13,333 nucleotides of DNA from Armatimonadota bacterium (GTDB taxonomy: Bacteria > Sysuimicrobiota > Sysuimicrobiia > Sysuimicrobiales > Humicultoraceae), in assembly GCA_037446215.1 (NCBI GenBank), contig JBBIJB010000062.1, forward strand, positions 1 through 13,333. Direction: 5' to 3'. The notes under the pieces are model-generated. The model saw only the letters and a program-made list of their open reading frames with translations. It did no database searches and was not told the origin of the DNA. The position numbers and the translations under genes are program-made. This document shows, piece after piece, positions 1-7,900 of this stretch (its first letter is position 1; every line of letters begins with the position of its first letter).

Positions 1-30
1 TATGACCAGCTTCCGTGCATCTACCTTCAT
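1..30 (-). CDS. N-terminus of the next gene (MKVDARKLVI...), probably an exported protein; OmpH/Skp would fit the synteny but cannot be shown
   Basis: GGGGAGGG RBS followed by ATG at 30; basic then hydrophobic residues typical of a signal peptide; the frame runs off the window. Confidence 0.6.
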   Translation of the reverse strand, partial: MKVDARKLVI

Positions 31-44
31 CGCATACCCTCCCC

Positions 45-79
45 AGCGACCTGCCGTGTCCGCCACGAGCGACCTGCCG
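45..79. repeat. Exact 12-bp direct repeat AGCGACCTGCCG x2 (23-bp period)
   Basis: Copies at 45-56 and 68-79, between the putative promoter and the RBS of the next gene. Confidence 0.7.
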
Positions 80-114
80 GAAGCCGTCTCGAGTTCGGCG
101 CGCACCGGCACGCC

Positions 115-137
115 CTAATTGTACCGTGATGTGTCAA
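115..137 (-). promoter_or_regulatory. Candidate promoter region for the downstream gene (TACAAT -10-like element)
   Basis: Minus strand TTGACACATCACGGTACAATTAG; GGTACAATTAG matches GGTATAATTAG at 11652-11662 in 10 of 11 positions. Confidence 0.45.
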
Positions 138-144
138 ACACCGG

Positions 145-170
145 CTGAGGCCCATAGGAGGCGGCCTCAG
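145..170 (-). terminator. 8-bp hairpin overlapping the stop codon, possible weak terminator
   Basis: CTGAGGCC (145-152) / GGCCTCAG (163-170); followed on the minus strand by CCGGUGUUUG, only a weak U tract. Confidence 0.4.
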
Positions 171-1435
171 AGGTTGCTCACCATGCGCAGCCAGACATAC
201 CCCCGGGAGGTCCCGACCGCCTCCCACGAGAGGAACTCGTTCATCCTGTACGTGACCGCTCCTTCGATCTCTCCGCTCTGCGGGGAGTAGGCGCCGCGCA
301 GCGTGAGGTCGGGCGAGAGCCGGTAGACGATGAACGGCTCCGCGCCCTCTCCGCTGAGCCGGCTGAGCACGCCCACCGACAGGTGGGTGCCTAGTTCCAG
401 CCTCACGCCCAGGGCCCAGCGCCACGCGAGGCTGGACGGGACCAGCGTCATCTCGACGAAGGGCTCCAGAGATCCGAATGCCCGGCCCACCTGGGCCCGG
501 ACGTCGGCGGGCGGGGCGTCGGCCCCGAAGTTCAGCCTGGCCTCCAGACGTGCCCGGTAGAGCGTTGACTCCGCGAGCAGCGTCAGGTTCGTCTGCTCCG
601 CCACCCTCAGCGTCGGACGAGCGACGATGCCGTACTCGATTGCCGGGGGATAGGCCTTCAGCCGCTCGGCGATCATCGCTTCCAGCTTCGCGCGGTGCGC
701 GGCGGCAAAGGCGACGGGCAGCCCCCTCAGCGGCTCGGCCATCGAGATCGCCTGAGGCGTGTGGCCGTCCAGCAGGAGCAGCGGCACCGAGCTCGACCTG
801 AACCTGACCCCGATGTCCCGGATGACCAGCGGATCCTTCGCGGTCACGCTTACGGCGAGCGCGCCCGGAGGATCGCCCGACAGGCGGGCGGCCGCGGTGA
901 AGCCGGGAGCCGCGGCCTCCACGAGCTCCCGAGCCCTGCTCTCCACCACGGGGAGGGCCCACTCAAGGGCGTCGAGCGGCAGCCTCACGAGCAGGCCTCG
1001 CATCTGTGGTATGGACGGCTCCAGGACCGCGGCGACGAGGGGCCGCGCCTCGGGGTGGATCCCCTGATAGGCAAAGGTGACCGGCAGCTCGCCCAGTACC
1101 GGGTGGCGCGGCTGGAGTGCTACCGAGACCGCCGTGACCGCTCCCGCGGAGAACCGTATGGCCGCGACCGTGTATCCCCACACCACGCGGTTCACGACGT
1201 CCCGAAGAACCCCTGCCAGTGCCGTCTCCTGCCTCGCGACGAGCTCGATCTCCCTGCCGACGAGCAGGCGCTCTCCCGCGGCGGCGATCGTCTCCGCGAC
1301 GCGGCGGACCACCAGAGGGTGGGGTTCCCCGCCCTCGAACGAGATGCGGATCTCCACGCGCCGCACCGGCTCGGCGGCGCGCGTGGGCACAGCGGTTCCG
1401 AGCAGCATGACGACAAGCAGCGCCGGAACCAGCAC
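167..1435 (-). CDS. Uncharacterised exported/outer membrane protein: three POTRA-like repeats plus a C-terminal beta-strand-rich domain
   Basis: 422-aa ORF 35 nt after the bamA stop, with natural protein composition. Signal-peptide-like N-terminus (…TAVPTRA/AE), three ~88-aa beta-alpha-alpha-beta-beta units, about 10 amphipathic strands ending YVWLRMVSNL. Start is uncertain (possibly CTG at 1498). Confidence 0.8.
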   Translation of the reverse strand: MLVPALLVVMLLGTAVPTRAAEPVRRVEIRISFEGGEPHPLVVRRVAETIAAAGERLLVGREIELVARQETALAGVLRDVVNRVVWGYTVAAIRFSAGAVTAVSVALQPRHPVLGELPVTFAYQGIHPEARPLVAAVLEPSIPQMRGLLVRLPLDALEWALPVVESRARELVEAAAPGFTAAARLSGDPPGALAVSVTAKDPLVIRDIGVRFRSSSVPLLLLDGHTPQAISMAEPLRGLPVAFAAAHRAKLEAMIAERLKAYPPAIEYGIVARPTLRVAEQTNLTLLAESTLYRARLEARLNFGADAPPADVRAQVGRAFGSLEPFVEMTLVPSSLAWRWALGVRLELGTHLSVGVLSRLSGEGAEPFIVYRLSPDLTLRGAYSPQSGEIEGAVTYRMNEFLSWEAVGTSRGYVWLRMVSNL

Positions 1436-1470
1436 CGCGGTCCGCGGTCCGAGTCGCGCGGCAGCGGCCC

Positions 1471-3348
1471 CTAGAAGGGATGTCCTATGCTGATCCAGGT
1501 CTGCGTGCCCTCCGAGCCGATGGCGTAGTCGATGCGGATCGGACCCACCGGGGTCTTGACGCTGATGCCCGCGCCGTAGCCGAGCAGGATCGACGAGGAG
1601 ATAGGCGCGCTTCCCACGTCAACGTAGAGGATCCCGACGAACTCCTTGAGCATGGTCGCCAGTCCGCCCAGAGGTACGCGGGTCTCGAGGTTCACGAGCC
1701 CGAAGGTCGGCTGGCGCAGATATCCAAACGGATAGGCCCGCAGCGATGACGGCCCCCCCAGCGTGAAGAGCTCGTGGTAGGGCAGGGTGCCGTGGCTGAA
1801 CCCGACGGCGGCGCGGCCTACAAGTGTGAACGAGCCCGCGGGGATGTAGCGGGTGTACTCCAGGTAGTACTTGCCGAAGCTGAAGTCGCTCCCTATGAGC
1901 GGAAGGGCCAGATCGATCGACGCTCCGAAACGCTCACCCTTCGTGGGGCTGGTGCGGCTGTCGCGGGAGTCCCGAACACCCGAGAGCTGGAGCGACACCG
2001 TCCTTCCCGACGTGATGTAGGTGGGCGGCGGCTTGGGGCAGGCCGGATCGTCGGGATCGGTGTCGCATGGGGGGACGGTCGGGTCGACCGGAAGCAGGTC
2101 GACCAGCGCTCGCTCGCTCTTCAGCTTGAGGGCGGCATGGGTGATGGGGTCGATCGGTCGCGTCAAGGCGATCGAGCTGCCCAACCTGTTGAGATGGAAT
2201 CGCGAGACGATAGTCTTGTCCGCCGCGTACTCGGTCTCGGTTGAGTTCGCCTCGTAGAGGGACGCTTCAAGCGCAGTACCGCGCGCGTCCAGCCACGGCT
2301 TGCGGTAGGTGATCGAGAAGTTGCTGGCCACCGGCGCGGTCAGGGAGGGCACGTTTCGGTCGCCGAGCCCGCGCTCGTACCTGACCGAGAGTTGCTCGAG
2401 GCGTCCCTTCCAGTTCTTCTCCGTGTACTCCAGCATCCCGACGATTCCTGTGCGCTCGCTGTAGCCCAGCGCGAAGCGGGCCTGCTGGGAGGGCTGCTCC
2501 TTGACCTCTATCTCGACGATGACCTGGTCGGGAGACGACCCGGGGAGAGGGCGGGCCTGGATGCTCTCGAACAGCTCCAGGTTGAATATCCGCTGCAGGT
2601 CGGCGTTGAGCTCGTTCACGTTGAAGACGCGTCCCGGCACTACGACCGCCCCGCGGTCCAGCACGTAGCGTTGGGTCTTGACGACGCCCTTGTACTGCAC
2701 CGCCTCCACCCGGCCCTCGTTTATCCGAACCCGCAGCCTGGCGTTGACGTCGCCGGTCACGCCGACGTCGGCTATGCGCGCCAATACGAACCCACGTTCC
2801 TCGTAGAGCTTCTCCACCGCGCGGGCGCCGTCGCGAAGGCGGATCACGTTGAGCACCTGCCCGACCGGCACGTTGAGGGCCGTGACTATCTCCGGGGTGT
2901 TGATCACCGTGTTGCCCTCGACCGAGATCTGCGCGATCGGGGGGTTCTCAACGACGAGGAAGACGACCCGCACGCCGTCCCTGTAGGGCTCTATTCGCAC
3001 GTTGGCGTCGGCAAACCAACCCGTGGCCACCACCGCGGCCAGATCTGCTCGCAGCCGCTCGTCCGAGAGCAGCTCCCCGGTGCGCACGCCGACCGAGTCG
3101 AGGACCACGGAGACGGGCACCCGTTCGAGCCCGCGCACGGCGACGTCCGTTATCTTGGGCGTGGGCGTAGGAGAAGGAGCCGGCGCCGCGGGTGACGGCG
3201 TAGCGGTGGGTCCCGGGGTCGGCTGCGGAGCCGGAGCCCCCCAGGCGGCAGGTGAGAGCGTCGCAAGGATCAGGGCTCCCAGAGCCGCCCAGGCGATCGT
3301 CGTCCTTCGATACGCCGCGCTACGGGGAGATCGCGAAAGGTGGTGCAA
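1471..3348 (-). CDS. bamA: BamA/TamA (Omp85) family outer membrane protein assembly factor with three POTRA domains
   Basis: TTG start behind AAGGAGG; signal peptide; three POTRA starts (ITDVAVRGLERV, IAQISVEGNTVI, VEAVQYKGVVKT); barrel motifs EKNWKGR, YRKPWL, RDSRDSRTSPTKG, FTLGGPSSLRAY, GAGISVKTPVGPIRIDYA; C-terminal ISIGHPF. Confidence 0.93.
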   Translation of the reverse strand: MHHLSRSPRSAAYRRTTIAWAALGALILATLSPAAWGAPAPQPTPGPTATPSPAAPAPSPTPTPKITDVAVRGLERVPVSVVLDSVGVRTGELLSDERLRADLAAVVATGWFADANVRIEPYRDGVRVVFLVVENPPIAQISVEGNTVINTPEIVTALNVPVGQVLNVIRLRDGARAVEKLYEERGFVLARIADVGVTGDVNARLRVRINEGRVEAVQYKGVVKTQRYVLDRGAVVVPGRVFNVNELNADLQRIFNLELFESIQARPLPGSSPDQVIVEIEVKEQPSQQARFALGYSERTGIVGMLEYTEKNWKGRLEQLSVRYERGLGDRNVPSLTAPVASNFSITYRKPWLDARGTALEASLYEANSTETEYAADKTIVSRFHLNRLGSSIALTRPIDPITHAALKLKSERALVDLLPVDPTVPPCDTDPDDPACPKPPPTYITSGRTVSLQLSGVRDSRDSRTSPTKGERFGASIDLALPLIGSDFSFGKYYLEYTRYIPAGSFTLVGRAAVGFSHGTLPYHELFTLGGPSSLRAYPFGYLRQPTFGLVNLETRVPLGGLATMLKEFVGILYVDVGSAPISSSILLGYGAGISVKTPVGPIRIDYAIGSEGTQTWISIGHPF

Positions 3349-3350
3349 CG

Positions 3351-3418
3351 TCTTCCTCCTTAGGAGAAGAGAGCGGCCGCTGAGCCCCGCTCTTCGCCCC
3401 GGCAGTGAGGCCGGGCGC
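3351..3418 (-). promoter_or_regulatory. Structured 5' leader of bamA with an RBS-sequestering hairpin
   Basis: Minus strand UCUUCUCC-UAA-GGAGGAAGA (3351-3370) pairs over the SD; further stems at ~3370-3393 (AGAGCGG/CCGCUCU) and ~3398-3415 (CCCGGC/GCCGGG). Confidence 0.5.
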
Positions 3419-3486
3419 GGAGCCAGTCTATCCCAGCAGCACCTGCCAAGGGTATCACCCGGATCTCGCGGTACGCAAGCCCGCGG

Positions 3487-4158
3487 CTACTGACCGGCCG
3501 ACCTCCGCAGGGAGCGTTCCGCGGCCAGCACCAGGTCGATCACGTCGGCCTCGCTCAGCAGCGGGGCCTGCGCGGCTGACGGCTGCGGCGCGGCCGGCAC
3601 GGGCGCCGGCGCGGGGACGGCTCCTGCCGGAGCGTGCGGCGCAACCGCTGTCGCCTTCAGGATCGGGGCGGGACCCGGAGGGCGCGCGGCCTCGGTGAGC
3701 GCCCGTGCCGCGGCCGGCGGCGAAACCGCGGCCCTCGGGGCGTAGACGATTACCCGGACCTTTGGCGCCTGCGGAGTCGGGGCTTGCGCCGTCACCATCT
3801 TGAGCACGGACCCGCTCCCGCCCTCCAGCCGCACTACCGCCGGGGCACCATCGCCGACTTTGGCAAGGGGCGCTCGGAGGTGCGGCAGCGGGAGCAGCAG
3901 CAAGGCGGCCACGCCGGCCGCCAGGAAGAGCGCGGCCAGTGGGAGCGCGTAGCGCGGTGCGTCTTGCGGGGATCCTGCGTCGCTCGATCCCGAAGCCGCC
4001 AGGCTCTCTTCCCTGGCCCGCGCCACCTCCGCCCCGGCTAGCAGCAGGGTCAGCGCGCTCTTGCCGGGATCGCCGCTCTCAAGCTGATGCCTGGCACGAT
4101 CCAGCCACCTCTCGGCCAGCTCGACTCGCTCAACCAGCTTTTCGGGTCGCTCATTCAT
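3487..4158 (-). CDS. Hypothetical single-pass membrane protein (candidate anti-sigma factor)
   Basis: ATG at 4158 behind GAGGGA, 27 nt after the sigma stop. Charged helical N-terminus, one hydrophobic segment (YALPLAALFLAAGVAALLLLPLP), Pro/Ala-rich linker, C-terminal amphipathic helix LLSEADVIDLVLAAERSLRRS. Confidence 0.75.
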   Translation of the reverse strand: MNERPEKLVERVELAERWLDRARHQLESGDPGKSALTLLLAGAEVARAREESLAASGSSDAGSPQDAPRYALPLAALFLAAGVAALLLLPLPHLRAPLAKVGDGAPAVVRLEGGSGSVLKMVTAQAPTPQAPKVRVIVYAPRAAVSPPAAARALTEAARPPGPAPILKATAVAPHAPAGAVPAPAPVPAAPQPSAAQAPLLSEADVIDLVLAAERSLRRSAGQ

Positions 4159-4185
4159 GGAAGATCCCTCACCCACGTCACAGTC

Positions 4186-4869
4186 CTAATATCCGGAGGC
4201 GTGCCGTGGCTGGTGCATCGGCTCCAGGCCCAGGATCGTCCTGAGGCGGGTGGTCGCCTGCTTCTGCAGCCTGTAGAAGTGGGACAGGCTGATGTGGAGC
4301 TCGCGGGCGATCGTGCGGGCTTCCCTGGAAGCAACCACCGCCTCCATGACGGCCCTCTCGCGGGGCGGCAGCCGCCGGATCGCGGCGAGGGCGGACTCGA
4401 CCACCGAGCGGTCCTCGACGCCCCCTATCTCGGCCGCGGCGGCGGGATCGGCAAGGGATGCCAGGGGCGACAGGTCTTCCGCGGTGCCGATAACCTGGTC
4501 GAGCGAAACCTCAACCTTTACGCGATCCAGCGCGTTGAGAACGCGCCCCCTTATCCGATAGGTGGCGAAGGTAGGGAAGCGAACCTGCCGGCCCGGGTCG
4601 AAGCGCTCGACGGCCTCGATGAGCCCGACGGCTCCCTCCTGGATCAAGTCCATCAGGAGGGGCTCCGGGGGCCTCATCTGCATCACGATCTTGAAAACGA
4701 GCGGCTGGTAGGCCTCGATCAGCCGCAGCCGGCTCTCCGCGCTGCCGGCCAGCCTGTATTCGCCCCAGAGGGCGGCCTCCTGCTCGGGGCGGAGCAGCTC
4801 AACCTTCTGCAGCTCTCGAAGGTAGTCGGCGAGTGACGCAGGGGTTCCGGCGCGGCGCCAGCGCATCAT
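4186..4869 (-). CDS. RNA polymerase sigma-70 family factor, group 3-like (FliA/WhiG/SigD-type region 2)
   Basis: Region 1.2-like LADYLRELQKVELLRPEQE; region 2 DLIQEGAVGLIEAVERFDPGRQVRFPTFATYRIRG; region 4 LPPRERAV...IARELHISLSHFYRLQKQATTRLR. Start could be 4869 or 4866. Confidence 0.93.
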   Translation of the reverse strand: MMRWRRAGTPASLADYLRELQKVELLRPEQEAALWGEYRLAGSAESRLRLIEAYQPLVFKIVMQMRPPEPLLMDLIQEGAVGLIEAVERFDPGRQVRFPTFATYRIRGRVLNALDRVKVEVSLDQVIGTAEDLSPLASLADPAAAAEIGGVEDRSVVESALAAIRRLPPRERAVMEAVVASREARTIARELHISLSHFYRLQKQATTRLRTILGLEPMHQPRHASGY

Positions 4870-4875
4870 CCTCTG

Positions 4876-4902
4876 CTTCTACTCACGGGGGCGATCTCCT
4901 GT
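4876..4902 (-). promoter_or_regulatory. Candidate SigH-like promoter (AGGA-N17-GAA) upstream of the sigma gene
   Basis: Minus strand ACAGGA GATCGCCCCCGTGAGTA GAAG, with the same spacing as Bacillus SigH promoters (AGGA-N17-GAAT). Confidence 0.4.
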
Positions 4903-4947
4903 GGGAGTAAGACCGACAATCGGAGAGACGGCACCGCTCTTAGGGCA

Positions 4948-7900
4948 TCAGAACCGCGCGGTGTACCAGAGGACCGCCTCGCGGAAGCCCGCGGAGTCTA
5001 TCCGGAGCGAGAACTGCCACTGCCTTGCGAACCGGTACTCCAGCGCCCAGAGGTAGCGCGTCTTCTCCTCGAAGGTCGTCGTCAGCGTGAGGTAGAGCTC
5101 CGGGAACAGCGCCTTTCCCAGTCGCAGGGCCAGCGGCCCCTTGAAGTCGTACTCGACCACGAACTCGCTCAGCCCTATCGCCTTCCCGAGAGCCAGGCTG
5201 ATCTGCCCGAACAGGATCCTGCCGAGCTCGGTCCCGATCGCTCCGGCCACGTCGCCGCCAAGCAACCGGGTTATGCTGGCCTGCCGTCCCAGCAGCCCCA
5301 CGATCTCGGCCCTGGGGAGATCGGGGTCGGAGCGAAGGTCCAGCGTTAGGGCATCGGGCGGTGTGCCGCGGACCGTGAGAAACACCTGCGTGGCGCCCAC
5401 CCTGGTCTCGGCGGTGGCTGCGACCGTCGGGTAGATCCCCATGTGCGGAGAGAAGACCGCGGTTCCCTCGCGTAGGTCGAAGGAGGTGCCCAGCGCGACG
5501 ATCGTCCCCTGCTGCGCCGCGATGCTCCCTTCCAGCGTGGGGCTGCGCAGCGTTCCCACCAACTCCACGGCTCCACCCGGCCGGATGTCGAGCTTGAACC
5601 CGCCGACCCTGGCCGACAGGTTGCTGCCCGCTTCCAGCGACAGCCCCCGGAAGGCGAGCCTGGAGGAGGCGGCCGGCGATGCGCCCGTGCCGGGGGAGAC
5701 GATGACCGCGCCGTCGGCGAGGAGGAGGTGCCCCTCCACCGTCACGGGTCGGCGTCCGTCCGCCAGGCTCCCACGGAGCTTCAGCGTGCCGGTGGCGTGA
5801 AGGTCTATCATGGGGGGGACCACCACCCTCGCGCTTGTCGCGCGGAGGGAGAGCGGTGCCTCGTCGGAGATGCTGAGCGCGAGCCCGCTCGTGGGGTGCG
5901 CAACGACGCGGGCCGCACCCTCGAGCCTGACCGTGCCCGCGCCCATCCTGGCGCTGCCCTCGGCCACCCGGATCGTGGAGTCCTCGAAGCGAACGTCGAG
6001 CCTGAGGGACTCGATCGGCGTCTGGACGCCCCGTAGCCGGAGCAGACCGTCCTGGATCCTTATGCCGCCTGTCAGATGGGGAGACGCCACGGTGCCGTCG
6101 ATCAGCAGGGCGCCCTCGACCGCCCCCCTCCCCTCCACTATCTGATCCGAGGCAAGCCGCAGGAGGCCGAGGTTCACGTCGGCGAGCGTGAGGCGAAGAT
6201 CGATCGGGCGCCGCTCGTCGAAGCGAAGGAGCGCCGGGTTGAAGGGAAGGCTCCCGACGGCCCGGAGCTTGTGGCCGTCCTGCACGAGCAGGGCGTGCTG
6301 GATCTGCAGCAGTCCATCCTTGTAGAACGCGTTCGCGATGAGCGCGTCGAAGGTGGCCCCGGCAATCCCGCCCTTGGTGACATCGAGGGCAAAACCGATC
6401 TCCGGAGCGGCCAGCGTCCCTCCCATCTGCGTGGTGAAGTTGAGCCGGCCGACCAGCGGCCGTCGCAGGCGCATGGCGGACCTCAACAGGTCCATGTCCA
6501 GGTCGCTGCCGCCGACCTCTATCTGGCTCTCGCCCCTCAGGTTCAGCCGGCCGGTCGCCGCGACACGGCCGGTCGCCGGCAGTATCTCGAAGCTCTCGAT
6601 CGATACGGTCCCTTCTCGGAGCGCCAGGTTCACCCGTCCCCCGAGGAGCGGATAGTCCCCGAGGCGCCCGCTGTCCATCCGAAGGTCGATCCTGGCCGAC
6701 GGGTTCGCGATGGGGCCGACGGCTGAGAGCTCACCGGAGATCCGCCCCTCTACGGGCACACCGGGCCTGATGTTTCCGACGGCCAGAAGCGTCGAGATGC
6801 GGCCCTCCTCGGCGGTCAGGCTCAGGTTGATCGGGTGAGACGCTGCCAGCGAGATCTCCCCGGCCAGGCGGTACCGCTCGTCCCCTGCGCGCAGCGATAG
6901 GGGTTCGAGGCGCAGCGTCCGTGCCTCGAACCGGGCCTGGACCGACGCCTCGTCGAATCGCCGTCCGTTCACAACGAGATCCGGGGAGACCGCGCTCAGC
7001 GCGATCGAAGGCGACTCCGGGCGGCCGGTGATCCGGCCGGTGATCTCCACCCGGCCCTCCAGCCCGACAGGGCTTCCTCCGACCACCGCTATGTCACGAA
7101 GGTGGATGGAGCTGCCCGAGAGGCTCAGCCTGAGACCGGCCCGCCTGTCGTATGTGCCGGCGACGCCGAGGAGGGAGCCGCCGGTGCGCAGATTGGAGTC
7201 GTCCACTGCCAGGACAGCACCGTCCCAGCGGAACACGGCCTCTGCCCTCTCGATGGGCTGCCCGAACGCCGCGCCGTCGCGCACCGTCAGGCTTCCCGAC
7301 GCGGTGGGCCGGGCAGGGGTGCCTCCGACCGCCACCCGACCCTCAACGGTGCCGGAGAGCGCCTCGGGCAGCCCGAGCAGCCGGCCGAGCGTGGAGACCG
7401 AGCCACGATCGAGGCTGACGTCGAGAGCCAGGCGTGATGAGGGCCGGAGTGGGATCGTCCCCGAGATCTGGAACCGGGAGAAGCCCTGGCGCAGAGCCGC
7501 GCTTTCGAGCACCAGGCCGCTCCGACCGGCACGCAGTGAGCTCCTTGCCGAGTCGATCGGGAGGTCGCCGAGACGCCCTCCGAAGAGATGGACCTCACCG
7601 GCGAGGGCGGGATCCGCGATCGATCCCGACACGGTTCCCGAGAACCCTACGCGTCCGGTCGGAGCGCCGAACCCGGCCGGAAGCGGCAGCGCCGCCAGGT
7701 CGATCTCGCCTGCCTCCACCCGAAGCCCCAGCCCGCCCGGACCGGTCAGCCTTCCGGCCGCGACGGCCCAGGCCGCGCCGCGCCTGAGCCTCAGATCGTG
7801 AAGCAGCAGGCCGCTCCGGCTCGAGGTGAAGGTCGCCGTGGCCGTATCGAACGCCTCGCCGGCCAGACGGGCATCGGAGGCGACCACCATGCCCGTCACC

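Noticed and set aside
27..962. 311-aa alternate-frame minus-strand ORF
   Set aside because: Arg/Gly/Pro-rich off-frame translation overlapping the 167-1435 gene.
3155..3240. Pro/Thr/Ala low-complexity stretch in bamA (and a similar one at ~3560-3790) as a DNA repeat or array
   Set aside because: These are coding linkers without exact nucleotide periodicity; no CRISPR-like repeat-spacer structure.
3434..3449. Possible sigma-54 promoter (TGGCA...TGC) upstream of bamA
   Set aside because: The spacing does not fit the invariant GG-N10-GC.
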